Of a stretch of 64,000 bases of DNA, positions 21,239 through 31,302 are shown one piece after another (the first letter of the stretch is position 1; each line of letters starts with the position of its first letter). The notes below the pieces were generated by a model, which saw nothing but the letters and a program-made list of their open reading frames with translations, was not told where the DNA came from and did no database searches. Made by a program: the position numbers and the translations under genes. Origin of the DNA: an uncultured Gemmatimonadales bacterium (GTDB lineage Bacteria > Gemmatimonadota > Gemmatimonadetes > Gemmatimonadales > Gemmatimonadaceae); contig CAWKMU010000003.1 of the NCBI GenBank assembly GCA_963850905.1, forward strand, positions 2,432,001 through 2,496,000, in the 5' to 3' direction.

Positions 21239-22284
21239 CCATGCACCTCCCGCTCCCCCGAACGGAAAAGGCACGTGACCGGGCACGCCCAGGCGTGCGA
21301 TCGACCGCAGGATCACCGACGCTGGCACAGATTCAGGCGCCTGTCGTCGAAGATCTCGAGCACGTTCGAAGCGAGCTGCTGCGGATCGTGGATGACGACT
21401 CCCCGCTGATCGGTGGCCTGAATGGCCATCTCATGGGGATGAAGGGCAAGCTGTTCCGTCCGACGCTCGTCCTTCTCTCGAACGCAGTCGCAGCTCAGCC
21501 AAGGCCGATTGCGACGACGCTCGCGGCGGTGCTCGAGTTGATGCACGTCGCGACCCTCGTCCACGACGATGCAGTCGATCATTCCGCGCTGCGCCGCGGC
21601 ATGCCGACGCTGAACGCGCTGTTCAGTAACCAGCTGTCGGTGATCGCCGGCGATTTTCTCTACTTGCGAGCGCTGCGCGAATTGTCCAGGTTGGGCGACC
21701 TCGATGCGTTGCGCGTGCTCACCGAGGCGTCCGTGCGGATGACGCGCGGCGAGTTGCTGCAGCTGGCGACGCTCGATCCGTTGCAGTTTGCCGAAAGTGA
21801 CTACAACGGGCTGATCGAAGCCAAGACGGGTTCGCTATTTGGCGCGGCGTGCGCGCTGGGCGGGTTGTGTGGGGCGCCGGCACACCGGTCCGAATTGACG
21901 CGGTATGGCGAGCGATTGGGGATGGCCTTTCAGATCGTCGACGACCTGCTCGACTACACGGCGGATCAGCAGATCACTGGAAAGCCAAGTGGTCTCGATC
22001 TGCGTGAGCGAAAAATGACGCTGCCATTGATCGCAGCGATGCCGAAGATGGGCCCTCAAGGCCGGCGCGTGGTCGAACGGTTCTTCGCCACGGAAACGCC
22101 GACCGATGCGGACATCCAGCAAGTCATCGACCTGGCGACTGCGCACGGCGGACTTGCTTATGCGCGCCAGCGCGCTGAAGAGCTTGCGCAGGAAGCCGAG
22201 GAGTGCCTGGCCGGCCTCCCGGACACACCGGCGAGGGGCGCCTTGTACGACGCGATTACGTACGTGTTGGAGCGGCGTTCGTGA
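21235..22284 (+). CDS. Polyprenyl diphosphate synthase
   Basis: GKLFRP, LVHDDAVD..RRG and FQIVDDLLD Asp-rich motifs. Confidence 0.92.
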   Translation: MTMHLPLPRTEKARDRARPGVRSTAGSPTLAQIQAPVVEDLEHVRSELLRIVDDDSPLIGGLNGHLMGMKGKLFRPTLVLLSNAVAAQPRPIATTLAAVLELMHVATLVHDDAVDHSALRRGMPTLNALFSNQLSVIAGDFLYLRALRELSRLGDLDALRVLTEASVRMTRGELLQLATLDPLQFAESDYNGLIEAKTGSLFGAACALGGLCGAPAHRSELTRYGERLGMAFQIVDDLLDYTADQQITGKPSGLDLRERKMTLPLIAAMPKMGPQGRRVVERFFATETPTDADIQQVIDLATAHGGLAYARQRAEELAQEAEECLAGLPDTPARGALYDAITYVLERRS

Positions 22285-22565
22285 TGGCGCCGCGTGGCTC
22301 GTCGAAACACCGCCCAGTCTTCCACGCGGTGGTGTTGGCCTGCGGTTTCATCGTTGGTGGGTTCCTGACTCAATTCGCCCGACGGTTCCTCCCCGCCGGC
22401 GCCGTCAAGGAATTCCTGACAACGGGCGTGACCCCCACGTTCGGCCCCTTTCAGATCGACTTGGTTATCTTGCGATTTGCGCTGGGCCCGTTGGCCCTCG
22501 ATGTTTGCCTGTTGAGCCTCCTGGGAGTATTGATCGCGTATCTGATCGCGCGGTCGTTGTTTTAG
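22284..22565 (+). CDS. Small membrane protein (DUF4321-like)
   Basis: Two hydrophobic segments; start overlaps the upstream stop. Confidence 0.6.
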   Translation: MAPRGSSKHRPVFHAVVLACGFIVGGFLTQFARRFLPAGAVKEFLTTGVTPTFGPFQIDLVILRFALGPLALDVCLLSLLGVLIAYLIARSLF

Positions 22566-22780
22566 GGCAGGGGCCAGGGGTCGGGGATCAGGGTCCGGGA
22601 ACAGTGAACCACAACTGGCTCTGGCGGAGGGATGGTGGGCATATCGCCATTTAGCAGTTCATCCGGAGCTCGGTAGTCAACGTTGCCGTGCAGTGCATCG
22701 CATGGATGACCGTGCGGTCTGACTTTCAATGCCTGGATCGTCGCCGCTGAGGCGGCGCAGCGTCCGGGGGAGTGACACCG

Positions 22781-23047
22781 ATGGGTGATATTGGCTTCGA
22801 AAAAATCCTGCTGATTCTGCTGGTCGTGTTGCTGCTCTTCGGCGCACGCCGAATCCCGGAGCTCGCCGGGTCGATGGGCAAAGGCATCCGCGAGTTCAAG
22901 AAGAATCTGTCCGATCCTGATCGCGCCTCGCGCGACAATGCGTCGCTGCAGTCCGACTCACCCGCCGATCGCGTGAACGCGCCGCCTCCGGCGACGCCCG
23001 CTGCGCGCGAAGGGTCTGAGCCGGAGCCGAAGCGGTTGTTGCGGTGA
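22781..23047 (+). CDS. tatA: Twin-arginine translocase TatA/E
   Basis: LLLFGARRIPELAGSMGKGIREFKK. Confidence 0.92.
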   Translation: MGDIGFEKILLILLVVLLLFGARRIPELAGSMGKGIREFKKNLSDPDRASRDNASLQSDSPADRVNAPPPATPAAREGSEPEPKRLLR

Positions 23048-23048
23048 A

Positions 23049-23164
23049 GCTAGACGCTGGACGCTAGACGCTGGACGCTGGAAGAAAAACCTCGAGGGCC
23101 AGCACCGCGCCTGGCCCTCGAGGTTTCTTTTCTAGCGCCCAGCGTCCAGCGTCTAACGTCTAGC
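23049..23164. repeat. Heptamer-armed palindromic element (family B), copy 2; probable bidirectional terminator
   Basis: Near-perfect hairpin of about 116 nt with core AAACCTCGAGGGCCAG-N8-CTGGCCCTCGAGGTTT, filling the gap between convergent genes. Confidence 0.9.
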
Positions 23165-23166
23165 CC

Positions 23167-25005
23167 TTACGTCGCACTCTTCTGCGCGGCCGCTTCGACC
23201 GCCTTGCGGTTGTCGGTGACGCTAGCGATTTCGCGGAGATCGCTAAGGAACTCCTCGACCCGCTGACGTCGCAGATCACGCAGCACGCTCTGGCGCTGAT
23301 CGTCCTTCTGCTTGACCCAGGCGGCGCTGTCTGCCGGCACGCGGCGGTCCACGTGAATCACGAAGACGGCGGACGAGGTCTTGATCGGGTCGCTCACCTT
23401 GCCGACCGGTAGCCCGAACGCCGCGCCGATCACCTCATTCATCCGGCCGACGTCCGGCACATAGCTGGTCGGCGTGAAGGTGGGTGATGCGACCACCGTC
23501 AGCTTCGCGTCCTTGGCCGCCTGCTCCAGCGATGTCGCCGACGCCTTCTTCGCCAGATTGCCGGCGGGTGTCATGAGCACATCCAGCGCTTTCTGTGCGG
23601 CGACGAGCTTCCGCAGGGTCGGCTGCGCTTCGGCGAAAGAGGGGAGCCCGCCGGGAGTCAGGGAATCGAGCCGAGCGAGGTAGAAGCCATCAGAGCCCTC
23701 GTAGAGCTCGCTCGACTCTCCTGGCTTCGCATTGCCGAACGCCCATGTGCCGACGCTCGGCACCTGATGCCCGTTCCAGAACACTGGCGTGCCCTCGGTG
23801 ACGTGCACGGTCCCCGCAGTCAGGCCCATCGCGCGAACGGCGTGGTCGAATTGCGCGGGCGCATCCTGTTGAGCGCCCATGCGCTCGAGCGAATCGGCCC
23901 GACCGTTGAGGCGGGCGGCCGACGAGTCACTCTGTTGAATGCGAAGCAGAATGTGACTGAACAACGCCGAGTCGCCTTGGCGCTGGTCCATTCTGATGAG
24001 GTGGTATCCAAACGGGGTCAGGACCGGACCGGACACTTCACCTGGCTTGAGCGCCCACGCCGCGCTTTCGAACTGCGGGACGAATCGGCCGTGCTTCCCC
24101 CAGCCGAGCGAACCACCTTGCGCAGCGGAGGCCGAATCGCTGGACTCGCGCTTTGCGACGTCGGCGAACTTGGCGCCCTTCTCGATCTCCGCTCGAACTG
24201 CGAGAAGGTGTGCGAGTGTTGCGGCAGAGTCCGCGGGCGTGATGATCCGCGGAAGCATGACGATCGACAGGACCGCCTGGCCCTTCCGAGTCAACTCCTC
24301 CTTATGCGTGTTGTAGTACGCCTGCAGGTCCGCTTGCGTGATGGTGGCAGCCGCCTCGGTCGCCGAATCCGGCGCGAAGCGAACGAACGAGATGCGCGCC
24401 GAGTCATGGGTGTCGCGCCAGAAGCTCCAGAGCTGCTGGTCGGTGACGTAGACGCCCGCCGCGATCTGCTCGTACAATTTCTCGCGCGGAATTTCCTGGC
24501 GATACATGGCCTCGAGGCCGTTGAGGAACCCCTGCTCCTTGGCCATCGGGCTGCTCAGGAACCGCAGGTATTTCTGCTGGTCGAACTTGCCGTCCGTCTG
24601 CAACTGCGGTGCGCTCAAGAGATCTGGTGGCGGGCTGGTGCGCGCGGCCTCGATGATCTCTCCGTCCGTGACGCCGATGTGGCGCCGAGCCAACTCCTGA
24701 TCGAGCAGGATGTTGTTGACCAGCTCATCGAACACTTGCTGCTCGAGCTGCTCGCGCTCATCCAGGGTCAGTTGGCGGCCCAGGCGCTGGGTCGCTTCCT
24801 GGTCCCGCTGGGTGATCACCCGCTGCCAGTCGAGCAGGGAGATGTCACGCCCGTTGACCTTGGCTACTGCGGAAGTCGCGGTAGCCGGCCCCCGCGTGGA
24901 TAGTCCTGACGTCTCGTAGAACAGGAAGATGAAAACGAACGGGATGGCGATTCCGGCGATCCAAATTAAGTATCTGGTGCCGCTGCTACGCATCGCTTGC
25001 AGCAC
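23167..25005 (-). CDS. PpiD/SurA-type periplasmic chaperone with parvulin PPIase domain
   Basis: MLQAMR start with GAGGAG RBS, membrane anchor, SurA_N-like region, FADVAKRESSD..GGSLG..FGYHLI. Confidence 0.88.
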   Translation of the reverse strand: MLQAMRSSGTRYLIWIAGIAIPFVFIFLFYETSGLSTRGPATATSAVAKVNGRDISLLDWQRVITQRDQEATQRLGRQLTLDEREQLEQQVFDELVNNILLDQELARRHIGVTDGEIIEAARTSPPPDLLSAPQLQTDGKFDQQKYLRFLSSPMAKEQGFLNGLEAMYRQEIPREKLYEQIAAGVYVTDQQLWSFWRDTHDSARISFVRFAPDSATEAAATITQADLQAYYNTHKEELTRKGQAVLSIVMLPRIITPADSAATLAHLLAVRAEIEKGAKFADVAKRESSDSASAAQGGSLGWGKHGRFVPQFESAAWALKPGEVSGPVLTPFGYHLIRMDQRQGDSALFSHILLRIQQSDSSAARLNGRADSLERMGAQQDAPAQFDHAVRAMGLTAGTVHVTEGTPVFWNGHQVPSVGTWAFGNAKPGESSELYEGSDGFYLARLDSLTPGGLPSFAEAQPTLRKLVAAQKALDVLMTPAGNLAKKASATSLEQAAKDAKLTVVASPTFTPTSYVPDVGRMNEVIGAAFGLPVGKVSDPIKTSSAVFVIHVDRRVPADSAAWVKQKDDQRQSVLRDLRRQRVEEFLSDLREIASVTDNRKAVEAAAQKSAT

Positions 25006-25239
25006 TGAGCGAACTCCTCGGCCAATCGATTCTTAGGTGATGCGGCGTACGCCGCGTCGAGGGCGAAGCATCACTGCGCACGCCCCTTGGCTTTCAGGTC
25101 GCAAGCTACCGGCCGCCGAGGGCTAAGGTCAAGGGATGGCGGCACTTCTGGTGTCACCTCGATTGACGTCGGTCGTCTTGGATGAGTATCTTCACCCGCG
25201 TCCCTGCCGCCCTCATGCGCGGCGCTTCCGAGGGAGTCG

Positions 25240-27504
25240 ATGGCCAGTTCCGCCCGGATCGAGGAACTCGAGCGAAAATTCAACGAGAACCCACGCCGGT
25301 ATTTTGCGCCCCTCGCCAACGAATATCGTAAGGCAGGGGATCTCGAGCAGGCCATCGCGATTTGCCGGACATACGTGCCACAGCAGCCCGCGCACATGAG
25401 CGGGCATATTGTTTTTGGCCAGGCGTTGTTCGAGGCGGGCGAGCACGAGGAGGCGCGCGGCGTGTTCGAGGCTGCGCTCGCGCTCGACCCTGAGAATCTG
25501 ATCGCGCTGCGCCACCTGGGCGATATCGCCCGCGAGCGCGGCGAATTGTCTGCTGCGCGGACCTGGTATCAACGTGTGCTCGACGCGGATCCGCGGAACG
25601 ACGAAGTGGCCGCCCTACTGTCATCGCTCGACGGTGTGACAACGCGGCCCGCCCCCGATGTGCCGACATGGGCGGAGATCAATCCGGAGCGCACGCTGGA
25701 ATTGCCGCCCGGCATCCTTGAGACGGCCACTCGCGAAACCGTCCTGGGGGCCGCAGCCGGCGCACCCTTCAGCACAGCGCCAACGCCCGTGCCCGCGCCG
25801 AGCAGCGGGGTTGCGGACACACTACAGCCGCCGCCGCCCGGTTTGCCGCGGCCCGGCTGGTTGCGCGACACACCCGTGCGGGTCGAGGATATTCCGGGGC
25901 CAGGCCTCGTCGATCTCGAGCCACTCGACGTCGCTCCGGCCAAGCCGTTCGACACTGCAGCGCCCTCGCACTCGCAGACGGCGCCTCCTGGACCCGCTGG
26001 CACCGGCGCCGGCCACTCTGGCGAAGCCACCCAGGGTCTCGAGCTCGAGCAGCCCGACGCAACGCCTTCAGAAGCCGACGCGGGCCACGGTGCGTTTCAC
26101 GCTCCCGTAGGCGGCTTGGAGTCGATGGAGTTTGTCGCGCCTGCGCGACCGGAGGCACCTGCCCCGGTCGCGCACGCCCCGGAGTCCGTCCGCCCGGCAG
26201 CAGGGGATGAGACGCCGGCCGTGTTTGTGACTGAAACGATGGCGGAGCTGTACCTGCAGCAAGGCTTCCGCGACGAAGCGTTGAGCGTCTACCGCCAGTT
26301 GTTGGCGCAAAACCCCAACGACTCCACGCTGCGTAGCCGAGTCGAAAATCTCGAAGGCGGTGCGTCGTCAAGCGTCGGCGACGCGGCTGGCGTTGGCGTC
26401 AATGTACCCGATGCCGCCGTACCCGTCACGGTTCGCGCATTCTTCGCCGCGCTCGCAACGCGCGGCTGGAACGGCACGGCGGTCGATCTGCCAATGCCGC
26501 CCGACGCGTACGAGGACGCATCGCACGAGGGCGCCGGTGAGGTTGAGCAGGGGCCCGAGCCGACGCCTCACGAGGCAGCGGCTGCCGCCCCCGCCGCTGC
26601 AGGTGAGCAGGGGGCGCCGGAAGCGATCGCCGAGCCATCAGCCGTCGAGTCGCAACCGGTGACCGAAGGCACATCGGGACATCCCGTGGCCGATGGCCAT
26701 GATGCGACAGCGCATGCCGCCCACGGAGAGGAAGCAGCGCCCGGCGCATCCCCTCGCGTTGAGGCGGAGCCCGCGATCAAGCTCGACATCGACCCGCTCA
26801 GTCACGAGGAGCGCCAGAGCGGCAGCGTGCGGGTCATGGATGAATTCGGATACGGCGGCATCGCGTCGATGGTCACGGCCGGCGGCTCGGAGTACGATGT
26901 CGCGTCGTATGATGCCGCCGACATGTCGGGGTCGATGGAGCAGATCCCGTCCGAGCCTTCGCCCGAGGCAGCGGCGGCGTCGACGCCGCCCGAACCGGCC
27001 GTGCACACTGCTGCGCCAGGCGCGACCGAGTCGGGCCCGATAGCTGGGCACCACTCGGCGGATCCGAGCGAGGCGAACGGCACGGCTCCGGAGCCTCTGG
27101 TGCGCAAGCCGATGCAGACGGGGTCTGTCAACGTGCTATTCCCGCAGCAGTCAGTGAAGGTGGCGGACGAGACGGCGGCGGCGACACTGTCCGGCGCCTT
27201 TGGTGGCCCGTCGCCGTCGGCCGTCACGAGCCCGGGCCATCCGGCACGTCCGGCGACGAACGAGCTATCGCTCGACAGCATTTTCCGCGAATCTGCCCCG
27301 CCGCCGGAGCCACGGCGGGAGCAGGGCGCCTTTTCCTTCGATCAGTTCTTCACCGACAACGCGCCGCCCACCCGCGCGGCGCCTGGCCCCGGCACTCCCG
27401 CCTCAGGGCCGCCGCCAGGTGGGACAGCGGAGGAGCCGTCCGCCGAGGCCCCCTCAGACGCCGAGCAATTCACCAGTTGGCTATCGGGGCTGAAGAAGAA
27501 GTGA
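25240..27504 (+). CDS. TPR protein with long Pro/Ala/acidic linkers
   Basis: N-terminal TPRs (FAPLANEYRKAG), internal VTETMAELYLQQG TPR, C-terminal FTSWLSGL. Confidence 0.75.
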   Translation: MASSARIEELERKFNENPRRYFAPLANEYRKAGDLEQAIAICRTYVPQQPAHMSGHIVFGQALFEAGEHEEARGVFEAALALDPENLIALRHLGDIARERGELSAARTWYQRVLDADPRNDEVAALLSSLDGVTTRPAPDVPTWAEINPERTLELPPGILETATRETVLGAAAGAPFSTAPTPVPAPSSGVADTLQPPPPGLPRPGWLRDTPVRVEDIPGPGLVDLEPLDVAPAKPFDTAAPSHSQTAPPGPAGTGAGHSGEATQGLELEQPDATPSEADAGHGAFHAPVGGLESMEFVAPARPEAPAPVAHAPESVRPAAGDETPAVFVTETMAELYLQQGFRDEALSVYRQLLAQNPNDSTLRSRVENLEGGASSSVGDAAGVGVNVPDAAVPVTVRAFFAALATRGWNGTAVDLPMPPDAYEDASHEGAGEVEQGPEPTPHEAAAAAPAAAGEQGAPEAIAEPSAVESQPVTEGTSGHPVADGHDATAHAAHGEEAAPGASPRVEAEPAIKLDIDPLSHEERQSGSVRVMDEFGYGGIASMVTAGGSEYDVASYDAADMSGSMEQIPSEPSPEAAAASTPPEPAVHTAAPGATESGPIAGHHSADPSEANGTAPEPLVRKPMQTGSVNVLFPQQSVKVADETAAATLSGAFGGPSPSAVTSPGHPARPATNELSLDSIFRESAPPPEPRREQGAFSFDQFFTDNAPPTRAAPGPGTPASGPPPGGTAEEPSAEAPSDAEQFTSWLSGLKKK

Positions 27505-27983
27505 AAATCGCGGTTCTCAATGGGCCCAATCTGAACCTCCTCGGCACCCGGGAACCGGCAGTGTATGGCACGACGACGCTCGCGGATATCGAGCGACGGT
27601 TGCGCGTGGTTGCGCGCGAGATCGGTACCGATCTGTCGTTTGCCCAGCACAACGGTGAAGGCGCGCTCATCGACGCGATCCACGCCCTTCGCGGCGACGC
27701 GGATGGTGCGATCGTCAATGCGGGCGCGTACAGTCATTCGAGTCTGGCCATTCGGGATGCGCTGGCGGCCGTGGCGGTCCCTTTTGTCGAAGTCCACCTG
27801 ACGAACATCTATGCGCGCGAGCCCGAGCGGCGTCACTCGATGCTCGCCCCGGGGGCACGGGCGGTACTCTGCGGCTTCGGCCCGGACGGCTACGAGTGGG
27901 GGCTGCGTGGGTTGGCCGCCATGCTTGCTCCGCGGGGCGCGCAGGAAGTGGCGGCCAGGTCGCGGCGCGGCCGTCGTGGCTGA
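27501..27983 (+). CDS. aroQ: Type II 3-dehydroquinate dehydratase
   Basis: NGPNLNLLGTREPAVYG, HSSLAIRDA, EVHLTN. Confidence 0.95.
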   Translation: MKIAVLNGPNLNLLGTREPAVYGTTTLADIERRLRVVAREIGTDLSFAQHNGEGALIDAIHALRGDADGAIVNAGAYSHSSLAIRDALAAVAVPFVEVHLTNIYAREPERRHSMLAPGARAVLCGFGPDGYEWGLRGLAAMLAPRGAQEVAARSRRGRRG

Positions 27984-29067
27984 CCGGCGGGCCGCCCGCG
28001 TCAGTGCGCTGGCGAGCGCGCTGGCGCGAGAGGGATTGGATGGGGTCCTGCTGACCAGCGCCCCCAACATCCGTTATATCACCGGCTTTTCCGGGTCGAG
28101 CGCTCTGGCGTTTGCGACGGTGCGCGGCGACGTCCTGTTTGTCACCGACTTTCGCTACAAGACGCAAGCGGCGGACGAGGTGGGCGCCGCCGCCCGGATC
28201 GCGATCGAGCCGCAGAGTCTCTGGACGGGCCTCTGGCAACTGCTGCCATCGTTGCCGTACGTGGAGGTCGCCGGGTTCGAGTCGGGGCACATCGTACACC
28301 GCGACTTTCAGCGTCTCCTCGAAGCCGGCGGACGTTGGAACTGGCGTCCAACCATGGATATCGTCGAGACGCTCCGGGAGGCCAAGGACCCCGACGAGCT
28401 CGCGCGGATCAAAGAGGCGGCCGGCGTAGCGACGCGAGCCCTCGGGCGCACGCTGCCCCTGGTGACGCCTGGCCTCACCGAGCTGGCGGTTGCCGGGCGA
28501 CTCGAGCATGCGCTGCGGGACGAAGGGTCGGAGGGATTCCCGTTTCCCACGATCGTCGCCTCGGGCCCGCGATCAGCCCTGCCGCACGCTGCCACGTCCA
28601 CTCGGGAGATCGTGCGCGGCGACCTTCTTCTGTTCGACTTTGGGGCGACGGTCGGGGGATACTGCGCAGACGTTACCCGGACGGTGGTGGTCGGACCGCC
28701 CACATCGGAGCAGCGCGAGGTCTACGACATCGTCCGTGCCGCCAACGAGACTGCCGCGGCCCAGGTGCGCGCCGGTATGCGCGGGCGAGATGCCGACGCG
28801 GTCGCGCGAGAGTACATTGATCGCCGCGGATACGGGGAGGCGTTCGGGCACAGCCTGGGACACGGGCTGGGGCTCGAGGTGCACGAGGCTCCCAGACTCT
28901 CGCGAACGGCCGAGGGCGTGCTCGCGGTCGGAGCGGTGGTGACGATTGAGCCGGGGATTTATCGACCGGGGTGGGGTGGGGTGCGGATCGAAGATGATGT
29001 CCATCTGGGTGCGGACGGGACCGACGTACTCACACAATTTGCACGAGAGCTGTTGGTGGTGGGATGA
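27976..29067 (+). CDS. Xaa-Pro aminopeptidase (M24 family)
   Basis: DFGA..YCADVTRT, HSLGHGLGLEVHE, TIEPGIY, GVRIEDD. Confidence 0.92.
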   Translation: MADRRAARVSALASALAREGLDGVLLTSAPNIRYITGFSGSSALAFATVRGDVLFVTDFRYKTQAADEVGAAARIAIEPQSLWTGLWQLLPSLPYVEVAGFESGHIVHRDFQRLLEAGGRWNWRPTMDIVETLREAKDPDELARIKEAAGVATRALGRTLPLVTPGLTELAVAGRLEHALRDEGSEGFPFPTIVASGPRSALPHAATSTREIVRGDLLLFDFGATVGGYCADVTRTVVVGPPTSEQREVYDIVRAANETAAAQVRAGMRGRDADAVAREYIDRRGYGEAFGHSLGHGLGLEVHEAPRLSRTAEGVLAVGAVVTIEPGIYRPGWGGVRIEDDVHLGADGTDVLTQFARELLVVG

Positions 29068-29072
29068 AAGCG

Positions 29073-29163
29073 TGGACGCTAGACGCTAGTGACCAAATCT
29101 CAAGGGCCAGCCTCGACGCGCTGCAGCTGGCGCTCGAGGTTCGTTCCAGCGTCCAGCGTCTGG
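29073..29163. repeat. Heptamer-armed palindromic element (family B), copy 3
   Basis: TGGACGCTAGACGCTAG..AAATCTCAAGGGCCAGC..GCTGGCGCTCGAGGTT..CCAGCGTCCAGCGTCTGG. Confidence 0.85.
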
Positions 29164-29250
29164 CCTCTCTAACGCAGAACGTCGGGACCGAGCTATGATG
29201 TGGGGTCACGCAGGGCGTCGTGTGACGCCAGGGCACGTTTCTCCATCTAT

Positions 29251-29772
29251 ATGATCGATCTCCGCTACCTCAAAAAACTGATCGATATCCTGGACGGGTC
29301 GACGGTCGACTCGATCGAGATCTCGACTGACAAGGGGATGAAGATCCGCATCTCCAAGTCGCCTTCGCAGCGAGGGACGGTACAGGTTGCGACACAAGTT
29401 CCGATGCCGGCGCTCATGTCGGCGCCGGCGCGGCTGACACCAGGCGAAGGCGTGTCGACATACGGCGAAGGCGGCGTGGCCACCGGCGCTCCGTCGATGG
29501 GGGAAACGAAGGCGGACGCGAAGCCGAAGCTGTTGGAGGTGAAGTCGCCGATGGTGGGAACGTTCTACTCGGCGCCCGAACCAGGAGCGAAGGCGTACGT
29601 GAGTGAGGGCACCCGAATCGTGAAAGGCGAGATCGTGTGCATCATCGAAGCGATGAAGATCATGAACGAGATCGAATCCGAGTTCAGCGGAGTTGTGCGC
29701 GAAGTGCTCGTTCAGGATTCCCACCCGGTCGAGTACGGGCAGGTGCTCTTCCGCATCGATCCGAACGGCTAG
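29251..29772 (+). CDS. accB: Acetyl-CoA carboxylase biotin carboxyl carrier protein
   Basis: SPMVGTFY and EAMKIMNE biotinylation motif. Confidence 0.95.
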   Translation: MIDLRYLKKLIDILDGSTVDSIEISTDKGMKIRISKSPSQRGTVQVATQVPMPALMSAPARLTPGEGVSTYGEGGVATGAPSMGETKADAKPKLLEVKSPMVGTFYSAPEPGAKAYVSEGTRIVKGEIVCIIEAMKIMNEIESEFSGVVREVLVQDSHPVEYGQVLFRIDPNG

Positions 29773-29787
29773 ACCTGGGTCAATCTC

Positions 29788-29898
29788 TTGACGCTGGACG
29801 CTGGCGCTGGAGAACAGGCCCCGGGTTCGAGCTAGACGCGCCGTAGCTGGCCCCGAGGTTTGTTTCCAGCGTCCGGCGTCCAGCGTCTAGCGTCTAGC
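29788..29898. repeat. Heptamer-armed palindromic element (family B), copy 4
   Basis: GACGCTGGACGCTGG..GCTGGCCCCGAGGTTT..CCAGCGTCCGGCGTCCAGCGTCTAGCGTCTAGC; extra heptamers at 29921-29944. Confidence 0.85.
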
Positions 29899-29962
29899 TG
29901 TACTGGCGCGCACCAGGACCTTGGCGTCAGACGTTGGACGTTAGAGGAGGCAGGGGTCACGC

Positions 29963-31219
29963 ATGGCACAGGTGAGTCCGAAAGGAGCCCCCGCAGCGGC
30001 TGGGGGCGAGAGCACGACAGTGGACGCGCCTGCGCCGGCGGCACCGACGACAGCGGCGGGAAGTGGTGGGGGCGCAGCGGCCGCACCGGCCGCGACGGGT
30101 CCCTTCAACTTCAAGGCGATCCTGCAGGAGATGATCCGGCAGAACGCGTCCGACTTGCATCTCAAGGTCGGTCGCCCGCCGACGCTGCGTGTCCAGGGGC
30201 AGCTCGCCCCGGTCAGTCATCCAGCCATGCGGCCGGAGGATCTCAAGTCGCTGGCCGAGCAGGTCATGTCGCCGCGCCAGGTCAAGGAATTCGCCGAGAA
30301 CAAGGAGGCGGATTTCGCGATCGGCGTGCCGGGCATTGGACGGTTCCGCGTCAACGTCTATCAGCAGCGCGGGACGATCGCGTACGCCCTTCGATCCATT
30401 CCGTATCAGGCGAGCACGATCGAGGAGCTCAATCTCCCGAAGATCGTGGAGGACGTCGCGCTGCGGGCGCGTGGGTTGATTCTCGTCACCGGCATTACGG
30501 GGTCGGGCAAATCGACGGCCCTCGCCGCGATGATCCAGTTCATCAACGAGCGGCGGCACGCGAATATCATCACGATCGAGGACCCGATCGAGTTCCTGCA
30601 CCGCGACATCAACTGTCACATCAATCAGCGGGAAGTTGGCACGGACACCGGCAGCTTCGCGCAGGCGTTGCGCCGCGTCTTGCGCCAGGACCCCGACGTC
30701 GTGCTGTTGGGCGAAATTCGCGACCTCGACACACTCGACACGGCGCTCAAGGCGGCGGACACGGGACACCTCGTGTTCTCGACGCTCCACACGACCGACG
30801 CGTCGCAGACGATCAACCGCGTGCTCTCGTTCTATCCGCCGCACCAGCAGGCGGAGGTCCGGTTCTCGCTGTCTACGGCCCTGACGGCCGTGATCTCGTT
30901 GCGTCTCGTGCCGCGTCGGGACAAGGCGGGTCGGGTCCCGGCGTGCGAGGTATTGATCAACACCGCCGCCGTCCGTGACAACATCCGAGACATGACGAAA
31001 TCCCTCAACATCCCGGAGCTGATCAAGGAGGGTACGGTGCAGTACGGGATGCAGAGCTTCGATCAGTCGCTCATGATGTGGTACACGAAGCACGTGATCT
31101 CGTACGAGAACGCGCTGTTCTACGCGACGAATCCCAGCGAGTTCGCCCTGCGCGTCCAGGGCGTGGCCAGCTCGAGCGATACGACGTGGGATGCGTTCCA
31201 GCAGGATGCGAATGCGTGA
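29963..31219 (+). CDS. pilT: Type IV pilus retraction ATPase, PilT/PilU family
   Basis: ASDLHL, RFRVN, GITGSGKST, TIEDPIE, LRQDPDVVLLGEIRD, STLHT, GMQSFDQSL; GAGGAGG RBS. Confidence 0.88.
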   Translation: MAQVSPKGAPAAAGGESTTVDAPAPAAPTTAAGSGGGAAAAPAATGPFNFKAILQEMIRQNASDLHLKVGRPPTLRVQGQLAPVSHPAMRPEDLKSLAEQVMSPRQVKEFAENKEADFAIGVPGIGRFRVNVYQQRGTIAYALRSIPYQASTIEELNLPKIVEDVALRARGLILVTGITGSGKSTALAAMIQFINERRHANIITIEDPIEFLHRDINCHINQREVGTDTGSFAQALRRVLRQDPDVVLLGEIRDLDTLDTALKAADTGHLVFSTLHTTDASQTINRVLSFYPPHQQAEVRFSLSTALTAVISLRLVPRRDKAGRVPACEVLINTAAVRDNIRDMTKSLNIPELIKEGTVQYGMQSFDQSLMMWYTKHVISYENALFYATNPSEFALRVQGVASSSDTTWDAFQQDANA

Positions 31220-31302
31220 GGGCGACCTGGCTTAGCGTGGGAGCCTGAACGGCGGGTCTCGGGTTTCGGGTCGGGGAACCACAACGGCGAACGACAACTC
31301 CT

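Noticed and set aside
22600..22780. Possible ncRNA or riboswitch upstream of tatA (also the 1795-1904 and 25006-25239 gaps)
   Set aside because: I recognise no known RNA motif or convincing structure by eye; an Rfam scan would be needed.
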